DNA of 64,000 nucleotides from Verrucomicrobiota bacterium (GTDB lineage: Bacteria > Verrucomicrobiota > Verrucomicrobiia > Limisphaerales > UBA11358), in assembly GCA_049523455.1 (NCBI GenBank), contig JBEKMW010000013.1:8513-72512 (forward strand), written 5' to 3'. Positions 16,375 to 25,900 of the stretch are shown here, piece after piece. Each line of letters opens with the position of its first letter. Position 1 is the stretch's first letter. Under the pieces are notes generated by a model, which saw only the letters and a list, made by a program, of their open reading frames with translations, had not been told where the DNA came from and searched no databases. The position numbers and the translations under genes were made by a program.

Positions 16375-17396
16375 GCAACATGCCGGTGAGGATTGTACGT
16401 TATCGCCGAGGACCATTTTTGTGCCGGCTTTTCCACCCAGCGATAAAGTGCGCTTGCTGCCACGAGCGATACCCCAAGCCCGACAAGCAAAAGCAGCAAC
16501 TGGCTCCGCCAACTCGAGGCAATTCGCATCCCAAGATTGATGGTCTTCACTCCTGTTGGGTTGTGGATTAAATACAAAGAGTAAGAAATTCTGCCAAAGA
16601 ACTGAGTAATCGCATTGGTGGAATTGATGAAGAGAATGGCGCACGCGGTCGCCAAGCCCACCGTGGCATCAGCCCATCCTAAACTCGCCCAAGCGGCCGC
16701 CGAGAGAAGGAACATCAGTCCCATAAACTCCCATTTGCCCACCACGCCACAATGCCAATGGAACGCCGTCATCCCCAACATGAAAAGGAAAATCCAATGG
16801 AAAACAAAAGGCCGGGCGCTTGCCGGAGAAAAAATGACCGCCAGTCCGCCAAAGCCGGCAAAAACCGTATAGCGCAGCCAACGCCTGCGACTGGCAATCA
16901 GCGGAAACAGCAAGCCAACCAACAGGTAATACTGAAATTCTATGCCGAGCGTCCAGAATACCGGGTTGACCCAGTTATCCTTAAAGAAGGAATTCAGATA
17001 CGCGAAGTGAAGCAGCACCTGGCTAACCGATACATGATACGCCGGCCCTCTAAACCCGGGAGCCATTGCGCACAAGTAGCCCAATGGAATGATCAGGCAA
17101 ATTGCTGCCAAATACGGTGGATCCAGCCGGATCATTCGTTTCGCCACAAAAGTCCCGTAACTCCGAAGCCCATAACTGGCTTTAAACAACGAATAAGGGA
17201 TGATGAACCCAGAAATAACGAAAAAGACCTGAACGCCAATGCCCCCCCATGATCCGGAAGCCCGGACAAAGCTTCCCTCTGGAAAAGATAAGGTTAAATG
17301 GCGATAGCACACGGAGAGTGATGCTATCCCGCGTAGCACATCAACCGAATAGAGTCGTTGAGCAGGCTTGCTGAGGTTTGGTACCTTGACTGACAT
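16371..17396 (-). CDS. Acyltransferase family 3 (membrane O-acyl/acetyltransferase, OafA/WecH-like)
   Basis: 341 aa with about 10 TM segments. Its N-terminal VDVLRGIASLSVCYRHL is typical of Acyl_transf_3. Confidence 0.8.
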   Translation of the reverse strand: MSVKVPNLSKPAQRLYSVDVLRGIASLSVCYRHLTLSFPEGSFVRASGSWGGIGVQVFFVISGFIIPYSLFKASYGLRSYGTFVAKRMIRLDPPYLAAICLIIPLGYLCAMAPGFRGPAYHVSVSQVLLHFAYLNSFFKDNWVNPVFWTLGIEFQYYLLVGLLFPLIASRRRWLRYTVFAGFGGLAVIFSPASARPFVFHWIFLFMLGMTAFHWHCGVVGKWEFMGLMFLLSAAAWASLGWADATVGLATACAILFINSTNAITQFFGRISYSLYLIHNPTGVKTINLGMRIASSWRSQLLLLLVGLGVSLVAASALYRWVEKPAQKWSSAITYNPHRHVA

Positions 17397-17493
17397 TAAG
17401 CGTTCACGATTCCCAAATTGACACAGGTCGGCTGCGCCGCAATTCCGGCACCCGGTTCCGCGTGGTGATCATGACGGAAACGGTCATGCAGCA

Positions 17494-18234
17494 TCATTGG
17501 GCGATGCAGAGACAATCAGTTTCTAACATTTTGACTTCGTAGCCAAATCGTTCCATAATCGCCTTTGCGGCCGATTCATCCTGTTTGGATAAATGTTTTC
17601 TCTCAAAGATAACGATCTTGGGGCGTATGACCGAAAAATTGAATTGTTGCAGAATAGAATAGTCATGCCCCTCGGCGTCAATGTGCAATAAATCCACTTT
17701 GCGAACTTCGTTTCGGACCAATAGACTCGCGACTGACAGACAGTCCACGGTCGTTTCCCTGATCGCTCCGCGCATTTCTGGCAGAAGATGTTTCTCAACA
17801 TGGGCGCGATCAAGGCTGGCCACACCACGAAGCCAGACTGGAAGCGGCTGTCCCTTTGAATCGGTCGCCTTCTCATCCACAAAGTACATGGTGGTTTTAC
17901 CGTCTTTCATAGCGATTGCCGCCTGTTCAATCATAAACCGACCCGTTTTCTCATAATTCGCCGAGAGCATGTTCGCATATTGTGGGATCGGTTCGACCAA
18001 GAGACCGCGATACCGACCGTCATTCAGCAGGAAGTCGGCAAGCGGATCACTTTCAACGCCGTCGTTCGCGCCAATTTTCAAGACGAACACCTCATCAAAA
18101 TTGCGAAAGGCTTGTTCAACGCGAAAACGCAGACCGGGACGAAAAATGCAGTAAATTCGTCTAACCGCACTGTGGATAAGTGGAAATCTCCTTAACAACT
18201 TGGAGGTGTTCAGAGCAAAGGAAGAAGAATTCAT
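17494..18234 (-). CDS. FkbM-family methyltransferase
   Basis: VLKIGANDGVESDPLADFL (SAM motif I-like) and VDLLHIDAEGHDYSILQQFNF are typical FkbM motifs. AT-rich DNA. Confidence 0.75.
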   Translation of the reverse strand: MNSSSFALNTSKLLRRFPLIHSAVRRIYCIFRPGLRFRVEQAFRNFDEVFVLKIGANDGVESDPLADFLLNDGRYRGLLVEPIPQYANMLSANYEKTGRFMIEQAAIAMKDGKTTMYFVDEKATDSKGQPLPVWLRGVASLDRAHVEKHLLPEMRGAIRETTVDCLSVASLLVRNEVRKVDLLHIDAEGHDYSILQQFNFSVIRPKIVIFERKHLSKQDESAAKAIMERFGYEVKMLETDCLCIAQ

Positions 18235-18270
18235 ATTTGAATAAGGTTTGGCAGAAATGGTTATTGATCC

Positions 18271-19203
18271 TCACATTTTTGCGGCGTAACGCTTCAGCCT
18301 GCGCCTCAACTTGACTAATAAAACGTTACGTTCCTCATTCAAGATTGCGAGCCACGCACCCAGATTGCCATGCCGTCGCCGATGGTGCTCCAGCCGGGCA
18401 ATAGTAAACGGGCGCGAATAGGCCTTGCGGTCAAACAGGAAGGGCTTGCGCCAGCAAAAATGGGCTACGCGCGGTCGGCGAATGGCTTTCGGAAAATGCC
18501 AACCCGCACCCGCGCAATCCCTGACCAATTCATCTTTGCCGTGAAACGCCCAAAGGTGCTGTAAATCGGTAACGGCAGTTTTGATTTCGCCGCGCTGCGT
18601 TTTTGCGTGGACCAAGTAATTTAACTGGCCCTGGTCTCCTGCCTCGCATGTTCCCCAAGAGCGCACTCGCACCCATTCCTCAAAAGAGAACACATTGCGG
18701 CGGCATGCGTAGACGCCGGAAGAAAAGTAGGCATGGCCACGCCAGTCAAAGGACGGATCAAACTGACGCAATCGTTCCGCATCAAAGTAAAAATGTTTCA
18801 GCCAGGAAGGAATTGTGCTGGCGTCATGAGGAATGGAAACCTCATTCCAAAAAATTTGAAAGTCCAAGTCGTGGCGCACGTACGAGGTGAAGTCTCCCCA
18901 GACAATTGCATCCGAATCCATGAACACATAATGCTCAAATGGTCCTTCCCACATTGCGGCCATTTTCGCATGAAAGTTTCGCATCATCAGCTCTTTCATT
19001 TTCGTGGATGGCAAATCCACAATGGGCAGCAAAATGAGCTTGTATTCTTTGACAAGGTCGGAAACACCAAAATCCTCGTCCACAATCAGACAAATTGGCA
19101 CGCCTGGACAAAAATGTCGCATGGACGCGAGCGTTGCTTGCACCAGGATTTTATCCCCAGGGTGGCAACTGGTCACAAAACCAAAAGGAGCCTGCACGTT
19201 CAT
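18271..19203 (-). CDS. Hypothetical protein, possibly a nucleotide-diphospho-sugar transferase
   Basis: 310 aa. FVTSCHPGDKILVQATLASMRHF...YVFMDSDAIVW contains a DxD-like DSD motif. ATGA overlap with the upstream GT8. No family recognised with certainty. Confidence 0.35.
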   Translation of the reverse strand: MNVQAPFGFVTSCHPGDKILVQATLASMRHFCPGVPICLIVDEDFGVSDLVKEYKLILLPIVDLPSTKMKELMMRNFHAKMAAMWEGPFEHYVFMDSDAIVWGDFTSYVRHDLDFQIFWNEVSIPHDASTIPSWLKHFYFDAERLRQFDPSFDWRGHAYFSSGVYACRRNVFSFEEWVRVRSWGTCEAGDQGQLNYLVHAKTQRGEIKTAVTDLQHLWAFHGKDELVRDCAGAGWHFPKAIRRPRVAHFCWRKPFLFDRKAYSRPFTIARLEHHRRRHGNLGAWLAILNEERNVLLVKLRRRLKRYAAKM

Positions 19204-20195
19204 GCCTTGGCAAATGACTCGACGGAAGCAGGAGGACTCATGACGGGCACGCCTTTAACCCGCTTCAGCCAGCCACGAGAGTAGCCAGTGAACAGAAAAC
19301 GGTCCTTGAGGGTTTTTTTATAGCCGACCCGCGCCTTGCAAGTCTTAGGGAATTTGCGGGATGACGCGGCGTGCCATGAGCGGAAATCTTTCATCGCCGT
19401 CCGGTCCAGCACCGAACGCCATAGGCCATATTGAGGGTGCACAAACTCGCCCAGGAAATCCCACGGCTTGGGATAATCCACAAAATGCACCAGCCTGTTG
19501 ATCTTACCGTAGGGCTGTTTGAGGAAGGGCCAGTTCTTGCGCATGTTGGCAATGCAGTTGAATCGCTCATCCAACTGAATGGCACTGCCATGCAATACCA
19601 CATTCAGTGCGGACTGGTCCCAATAATGCGGATGATGTTTTGCAAGATATTCCATCGCCCTTTCCGTAACCCGTTGCCGCCGCCATTCCGCCACGTTTAC
19701 CAAGATAACGCCGGAATTAAAGTAGGGTTCCGCCGGGCTGTTGCCCAATCGCACGGCTACAACCCGATCCGCTGCACCGGCGAGCGGAGCTTCCGGCACC
19801 AAGCCGGCGGGTGCCGGGCCCAAATCGGAGGTGTTTAGTTCACTCAGGTCCACATCGCACAAGGTATCGGCATCCACATACAGGAAACGCTCCACGTCCA
19901 ATGCTTTTGGCACCATCAACCGATAGTAAGCGGCCCAACTGCCGTTCAAGCACGGAAAACCTGTGAACAACGCCGCCTCAACCCGACGCAACTCCAAAGC
20001 GAAGGGCTTGTTGAGTGATGCCAGCGTTTTTTTCAGCAATCCCAGGTCGGTTGCATCCAATTCATCGCTGAAAAGAAGGAAGCGCGTTTGCGCCACCGCC
20101 GGACTGATGCGTTCCAACAACGAGAACGCCGCCACATGGAGTCCCGGCAGGGCGCTCCTGTCGGCGCAAAAGACGAAATGGGCTGGCTCACTCAT
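19200..20195 (-). CDS. Glycosyltransferase, GT8 (RfaJ/LgtC-like)
   Basis: FVFCADRSALPGLHVAAFSLLE, YVDADTLCDVDLSEL (DxD), FNSGVILVNVAEWRRQ and DQSALNVVL. Confidence 0.85.
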   Translation of the reverse strand: MSEPAHFVFCADRSALPGLHVAAFSLLERISPAVAQTRFLLFSDELDATDLGLLKKTLASLNKPFALELRRVEAALFTGFPCLNGSWAAYYRLMVPKALDVERFLYVDADTLCDVDLSELNTSDLGPAPAGLVPEAPLAGAADRVVAVRLGNSPAEPYFNSGVILVNVAEWRRQRVTERAMEYLAKHHPHYWDQSALNVVLHGSAIQLDERFNCIANMRKNWPFLKQPYGKINRLVHFVDYPKPWDFLGEFVHPQYGLWRSVLDRTAMKDFRSWHAASSRKFPKTCKARVGYKKTLKDRFLFTGYSRGWLKRVKGVPVMSPPASVESFAKA

Positions 20196-20206
20196 TTTTC
20201 AGATCA

Positions 20207-21442
20207 TTAACCCAGAGCCTCGCGGTAGAGGTTCAAATACCGTTCCGCCATCTGTTCCGCCGAAAAAGTTTGCCGCACCCAGTCGGCTGCCCGACTTCCC
20301 ATTGTCGGTAAACTGCCATCCGTCGCTGCTGCGCAAATACTTTCAGCCATTTTTTTTGTGTCGGGAAAGGGTATCAGACTTCCGGTCACGCCGTTTTGAA
20401 TCGCGTCTCGCAATCCTCCTACATCAAATGCCCAGACCGGGGCGCCGCATGCCTGCGCTTCGGTTGCCACCTGGCCGAATGTTTCCATCCTCGAAGTCAT
20501 GACAAATACGTCTGTGGCCGAATATACCAAGCTTTGGAGTATTGGTGAAGACAGCCGCCCTAAACTGTGCACCTTGACCCGCGGGCTCCCCGCCGCCGAA
20601 AGACCATCACCAAAAACAAGGGCATCCACCGCACCGCGCCAGCCCGCCACTTTTTCAGCTACCTCAAGAAATCGGTTGAACCCCTTGTTCTCGTCCGTGA
20701 GTGCCGCCGCCCCAAAGCCGAGAACAAACCGGTCCTGCGCAATTCCTAACAGCCGTTTCGCTTCGGCCTTTTCATGGCGGACGAATTCACGAACATTCAA
20801 AGCCGGGTGAATCGTCACAATCTTTTTTGCTCCGCGAAACAAGGCAGATTTTGTAATCAGGCTTGTGGTAAAGGCGCTGTTGCCAACGGCAAATATTCGC
20901 CGGCCTTCCAACGCGTGGGCTCGGCGTTTCCACTCTCGGGCCGCCACAAACCGGTTGAAGGGAGATTTTAACAAGGGACAGCAGCGGCACCCGCTTTCAA
21001 GTTGCCCACAGCCGAAATCTATAAAGCATCCACCCGCCAAGGGACTCACGTCGTGGATCGTCCACACGATGGGGACCTGCTTGGGGATTCTGTTGAGGAA
21101 ACTCGGTAAATCCAGCCAGCGACTGACCCAATGCAAATGAATCACGTCAGCCGAATAATCTACTGCAGGCGGCGGCGTTGCTCTATGCTGACGGCAACGA
21201 CCGAAATACGACGGGGCATCGGGGACCATCGCCCAAGTCTCAAAGCGCTGCCGGATCCGCTCGCGCTGACGATCCAGCCAGCCCTGGCAATATTCCAGAC
21301 GTTGCGCCTCTGGCAGTTGCAGGTTCCCCCTCCGGTACCGAATGCGACTATCGTGGCCCATGACACGCAGAGCATCGTGGAGGCGCAACATCAATGTAGC
21401 CGAGCCGCCATCAGCAAAAGTGTTGTAATGGGAGACGCGCAC
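20207..21442 (-). CDS. Glycosyltransferase, GT4
   Basis: 411 aa with TSRMETFGQVATEAQACGAPVWAFDVGGLRDAIQNGVTGSL. Confidence 0.85.
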   Translation of the reverse strand: MRVSHYNTFADGGSATLMLRLHDALRVMGHDSRIRYRRGNLQLPEAQRLEYCQGWLDRQRERIRQRFETWAMVPDAPSYFGRCRQHRATPPPAVDYSADVIHLHWVSRWLDLPSFLNRIPKQVPIVWTIHDVSPLAGGCFIDFGCGQLESGCRCCPLLKSPFNRFVAAREWKRRAHALEGRRIFAVGNSAFTTSLITKSALFRGAKKIVTIHPALNVREFVRHEKAEAKRLLGIAQDRFVLGFGAAALTDENKGFNRFLEVAEKVAGWRGAVDALVFGDGLSAAGSPRVKVHSLGRLSSPILQSLVYSATDVFVMTSRMETFGQVATEAQACGAPVWAFDVGGLRDAIQNGVTGSLIPFPDTKKMAESICAAATDGSLPTMGSRAADWVRQTFSAEQMAERYLNLYREALG

Positions 21443-21448
21443 AAGGAG

Positions 21449-21796
21449 TCAAGCAGGCGACTGTTGCTCAGTGGCAATTGCCCGGCGCGTTGCTTGGATG
21501 GGTTGCGCTTGAATTATATCCGGGTTGAAATCCGTTTGCGCCGCTTGGCGGGCGGCGGCGGCAAGGCGTTCCAGTTCGCCTGGGACCGCTGCTAGGTTTT
21601 CCAGAGCGTTGCGAAGGATGGTTGGAATTCGGGGACCGGAAAAGTGCCGGACGATTTCCAGGCTTTTGTCGGCGGAACCGCTTTCTACCACAATCATCTC
21701 CCAATGTGGTGCGGCCTGGGCAGGCACCGAGCGGATGGTTTCCGCAATGTGATGTTCCTTGTTGTAAATGGCGGTGATTATGCTTACGTGTGGCAA
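21449..21796 (-). pseudogene. Chimeric glycosyltransferase remnant (GT2 head joined to a GT-B-type tail)
   Basis: 115 aa. The first ~55 residues, (L/M)PHVSIITAIYNKEHHIAETIRSV...WEMIVVESGSADKSLEIVRHF, are a GT2 N-terminus with DDGS degraded to ESGS. The rest (AVPGELERLAAAARQAAQTDFNPDIIQAQ) resembles the C-terminal helix region of GT4 enzymes. Confidence 0.55.
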
Positions 21797-21839
21797 GTTT
21801 AGCTCCTTTCATTCGTTGACGCTTTGGTGCGTAGAATTA

Positions 21840-23081
21840 TCAAAGTCGTCGATCTATTCCTGTAAGCATTGTCGAAAGTTCATCAGCCGGGCTTCTCATT
21901 GATTTGTATGCCGCCTCGAATCTCTCAACCACACGCGGCCAGATGAAATTTTCCGACGCCTTCCGGCTTGCCTGACCGAGTTTGCGGCATCTTTCCGGCG
22001 AATTCAGTAGTTCAAACAGGCCCGCCGCCAGCTCGTCAATCTCAAGCTCAACATGGTTTTTCGAAGCGCCTTGACGGCCAAGCAAAAGACCAGCTCGGCC
22101 ATGGTCTAACAATTCTTCCAGCACCGGCAGGCGGCGCGCCACCACGGGCTTCGCGTAACGCCCCGCCTCCATATAGACCAAACCGAACGACTCGCCCACT
22201 GACGGAACACATAGGCATGAACAAGCCGACAAAGCATCGTTTTTCATCTGCTCCGGCACAAAGTCGAGATCAAGCAAGCCTGGCATCGGAGGGATCTTCC
22301 CGTTTCTGTCGCCAGGCCCCATGCACACCAGCGAGACTTCGGGCATCTTCTGGCGCAATTGTCTGAACGCCGCTGTAACCAGCGGATAGCCTTTGTCCGG
22401 ATCTTTGCGGCCGATAAACAAAATGAAAGGACCGGCAACACCCGTTGCGTTACGAAATCGCTCTGCGCAACCGTCGGTGCGATCTTCAATGCCATTTCCC
22501 ACCACGTCCACCGGAATCTTCGGGTAGCGCGATTCAAAATAGCCGCGCTCAAATTTCGTATGAACCAGAAGCCGATCTGCGCGTCGGAACAAGAAGTGAT
22601 CGCGATAGGCGTCACCGGCCTGATCCGGATGACAGGTGGGCTGGACTAGAAAGGGCACGCCGTGAAAGCGGGCAGCGCGTTCGGCGGCGAACCCCATTAG
22701 CGCCGTGGATTGGCCTATGTGGTGAACAAGTTCCGCGCCGCGAAATGCTTCTTGCGCCGAACGGCCTGCGAGCCACTCATAAAGGCGAACCCCCAGCGCG
22801 GTAAATTGGCGGTGCTCAACGCACCGGGACAAAAACCAGTTCAAGAGCCGCCCATGGGGAGGCAGGCAGAGCGGGCGAGTGGTCACGCCGTTGATACAGG
22901 TGTCCCCGCTTTTCTCATTTTGATAAAGATAACCGCAGCCTTGTGGCAGAAAAGAGTAGAATCGGGTAATCAACATTACCTCATGACCCCGTCGCTGCAA
23001 CGCAAGGCACAGCTGCTCGGCGTGGCTTTGAAGTCCGCCCGTTCCGGGCTTGAACATCCAAAGACTGATTGCAATTTTCAA
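21840..23081 (-). CDS. Glycosyltransferase, GT4
   Basis: 413 aa with VPSVGESFGLVYMEAGRYAKPVVARRLPVLEELLDHGRAGLL. Confidence 0.85.
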   Translation of the reverse strand: MKIAISLWMFKPGTGGLQSHAEQLCLALQRRGHEVMLITRFYSFLPQGCGYLYQNEKSGDTCINGVTTRPLCLPPHGRLLNWFLSRCVEHRQFTALGVRLYEWLAGRSAQEAFRGAELVHHIGQSTALMGFAAERAARFHGVPFLVQPTCHPDQAGDAYRDHFLFRRADRLLVHTKFERGYFESRYPKIPVDVVGNGIEDRTDGCAERFRNATGVAGPFILFIGRKDPDKGYPLVTAAFRQLRQKMPEVSLVCMGPGDRNGKIPPMPGLLDLDFVPEQMKNDALSACSCLCVPSVGESFGLVYMEAGRYAKPVVARRLPVLEELLDHGRAGLLLGRQGASKNHVELEIDELAAGLFELLNSPERCRKLGQASRKASENFIWPRVVERFEAAYKSMRSPADELSTMLTGIDRRL

Positions 23082-24694
23082 ATTGATTCTCCAGATTTTT
23101 CACTTTGCAAGATCCGCCTGCGCATACCCCCTATACTGAAACGCAATTTCCGAAGCCCAAAAATCGCGCTGGACAGAATGGTCCCCACGTTGTGATCAGC
23201 CTGCGTACGGTTCAGGGTGCGGTCAGGCATGGGCCAGATTCTCCGCTTCTCCGTAATTGCGTTAAAGTGCACGTGGCTCAGAATGTCCTGGCCGCTCCTG
23301 ACACGTAATGTCGTCCAAAACTCACACTCTTCGTCGTTCATTGGCTTGGTTTCCAGCAACGGATAGACTTCGTGTTCGACGGTTACGACTCGCTTTTGCA
23401 ATCCTTGCCAATAGCCTCTCCACCCATTTTGACAATGGTGCCGATCAATGGACTCCGCCAACCGTTGACCCTCCGCTTGTCGCCGGCTTGGGTTGAAAAC
23501 TAGTTGCACGGCCATTTCCGTATATTCATTCATGTTCGCCGGCTGCGATACTTGCTCAAATGCCACGTCGTTGATGCCCATCGGTACGTCGGCGGGCGTC
23601 AGCACGCAGGGCTTTTTTTGCAGGCCGATTTCAAGGACGGCGGTCTGAGAGGGAAACGGCACGCTGCCCAAACCGATGTCACAAGCGGCATGGCAATCGG
23701 TCAAATCGGTTTGGACGCCCAGTGCCTTAAGCCGGCCGGCGAAGGCCGGATTCGAGGCTTGCCAGCAGCCTGTTGCTGGAACTCCTGCTACTAAAATGAC
23801 TGACCCAGGACAACGAGCGAGAATACGTTCCGCAGCTTTGATAAAGTCCCATTCGCCTACCGGCTTGAATTTGTAGTCGCTGCCCACCGCAAGCAGCACA
23901 ACCGCGTCGTCAGATATGCCAAAACGGACACGGGCCGCCGTACGACGTGACGGCAAGGCCACCGGGGCTGGATTTGCCACGGGCAAAGGCAGCAAATAGC
24001 TACGGTCTGAACCACGATGGGCAAGCATCCAGCGTTCCCCGAGCTCGCGGAAATTTATAATTAGATCCATGGCCGAAATTCCCGGCCAAAACATGTGGTC
24101 GTCAACATTCATCCGGAGAATCGGGGGGCCGCCCGCCACTCCAAAGGCCAGAGCCGGGACCACGTCTGTGGTGCTAGTGTGCAGTACGACTGCATCCGCG
24201 CGCTCTGCCGCAAGACGACGTAGCGCCGCAGCCTTCTCCAGAAGAGGAGACGAGCACGTCAGATTCAGCAAGCTTCCACCGGCTTCCTCCACGATGGCCT
24301 GCAACGGCCCGAGCCAATTCGAGTTCCTTTGGTCTAAAACCACAACCTCATTAACCGTCTCCTCGTGGCTGAAAAGTATCCAACGTTTTAAGTTTTCCAC
24401 CATGCCGCCCCAATACCAAGCTTGGGTCATGACGTGTAACCACCGACGCGGCAGAGCGCGGCTGGAACTAGGGCGGACAGTTGGCAAGATCGCGGCGATT
24501 TGAAGAAGCACGTCTTCAAGTTCGGCGTTGGCCAGACAACCGAACCACCCGGGGCCTGCCGCGAGAAACGATGCCAGGGCGCACCATTGGGCCGCTTTTT
24601 CCGATTGGCCTTTCCCCAATTGCCGTCGAGCGGAACGGATGCACCATTCAAACACGGCCCTGTTTCGTGCCAGTATATCTCCAGTTGAATCCAT
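23078..24694 (-). CDS. Hypothetical protein (possible GT-B-like transferase)
   Basis: 538-aa ORF with coding-like composition and a 4-nt overlap with the downstream GT4. VLLAVGSDYKFKPVGEWDFIKAAERILARCPGSVILVAGV resembles a Rossmann-type C-terminal half. Family not recognised. Confidence 0.4.
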   Translation of the reverse strand: MDSTGDILARNRAVFEWCIRSARRQLGKGQSEKAAQWCALASFLAAGPGWFGCLANAELEDVLLQIAAILPTVRPSSSRALPRRWLHVMTQAWYWGGMVENLKRWILFSHEETVNEVVVLDQRNSNWLGPLQAIVEEAGGSLLNLTCSSPLLEKAAALRRLAAERADAVVLHTSTTDVVPALAFGVAGGPPILRMNVDDHMFWPGISAMDLIINFRELGERWMLAHRGSDRSYLLPLPVANPAPVALPSRRTAARVRFGISDDAVVLLAVGSDYKFKPVGEWDFIKAAERILARCPGSVILVAGVPATGCWQASNPAFAGRLKALGVQTDLTDCHAACDIGLGSVPFPSQTAVLEIGLQKKPCVLTPADVPMGINDVAFEQVSQPANMNEYTEMAVQLVFNPSRRQAEGQRLAESIDRHHCQNGWRGYWQGLQKRVVTVEHEVYPLLETKPMNDEECEFWTTLRVRSGQDILSHVHFNAITEKRRIWPMPDRTLNRTQADHNVGTILSSAIFGLRKLRFSIGGMRRRILQSEKSGESI

Positions 24695-24726
24695 CGTGAA
24701 CAGCTTCTATCGCTATGTGCTTTCGT

Positions 24727-25875
24727 TTACAGTTGACCTTGCCGTCCGAAAAACGCAAGATAAGGATCGGGAGCACATCCCCCCGGAGGAGGGGGCGTTG
24801 CCTCTAGCTTGGCGTGTTTCGTCCACCTCCGAACCCAAGCGAATAATGATGGATCACACCTCCATAGGAGCCAACCAACCATTTTCTTCCTCCTTATGCC
24901 TACAGCAATATATTTTACAATGACAAAAGCCAGCGAGAACCAACGGCGATCATGACTCAAAATATTGATCTGGCCGCGCTGCAATTCCCAACGGAAACGT
25001 GTTTCAAAATATCGCGCCTGGCTGCGGGACAAGAAGCGTTTTTTGAAGGCGGTCTTGGTATCCCTTAGATTGTTTTCGTCTAATCTCACGATATGCTGGT
25101 TTAGCACGTAGTCATAGTGTGCTTTCTTCTCCGGGGGGACATCGTCCGGCACAAGATGTTCCGTATGCCTCCGGTATAAAACCAAAGGCTCATCAACGTA
25201 AGCGACTCCGCCAAGTATGTTCGCGCGATAGCATAACGCCTCATCTTCTCCGAACAGAGTCCCCCACAACGGGCCGAATTCATCGTATATCTTGCGTTGA
25301 ATGGCATTGGTTGCTCCGAGCACCCCGCTAGCATACCACACTTCCCTGTAACCAGTTTTTAGAAGCGATACACGCACCCTATCGTCATATCTCCTTAGTA
25401 CGATGCGTCCAGGATTAGTATCGTTTTCCGCGTGAAAGAAATGACTGGCTATGACCTTGCCATTCTGGTCAATCGCTGCCGCGTTTGACATGATACAGAA
25501 AGCGCGCCCATCCGTCTCACGCCACTTCTCGTAAAGTGTCTGGACACGGCGCGGCAACGATATATCGTCGCAAGCGCCCATTACGATAAATTCGCCTGTG
25601 GCCAGTTCCATGGCCCGGTTAACATGCCTTCCGACATGAAGATTTGTTTCATTTCGGTTTAGAATAATCTTGTGCGCGCCTTTGTAATCTGCCGCCATTT
25701 CGGACATCACGCGATATGTATTGTCCTTGGAACAATCATCTGAGAGTACAATTTCCAATGGGGAGTAGGTTTGAGAAAGCACCCCATTGACCGCCTCGCG
25801 GACATACCGCTCCTGATTATAGCCGATCAGGATGAACGAGACCAACGGCTTTTTGTAATTATCAGGCGAAATCAC
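24727..25875 (-). CDS. Glycosyltransferase, GT2 (paralog of 29756-30808)
   Basis: KPLVSFILIGYNQERYVREAVNGVLSQTYSPLEIVLSDDCSKDNTYRVM...GACDDISLP. Confidence 0.85.
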   Translation of the reverse strand: MISPDNYKKPLVSFILIGYNQERYVREAVNGVLSQTYSPLEIVLSDDCSKDNTYRVMSEMAADYKGAHKIILNRNETNLHVGRHVNRAMELATGEFIVMGACDDISLPRRVQTLYEKWRETDGRAFCIMSNAAAIDQNGKVIASHFFHAENDTNPGRIVLRRYDDRVRVSLLKTGYREVWYASGVLGATNAIQRKIYDEFGPLWGTLFGEDEALCYRANILGGVAYVDEPLVLYRRHTEHLVPDDVPPEKKAHYDYVLNQHIVRLDENNLRDTKTAFKKRFLSRSQARYFETRFRWELQRGQINILSHDRRWFSLAFVIVKYIAVGIRRKKMVGWLLWRCDPSLFAWVRRWTKHAKLEATPPPPGGCAPDPYLAFFGRQGQL

Positions 25876-25900
25876 GTGTTGAAGGTGGTTTTAGGCGTGA

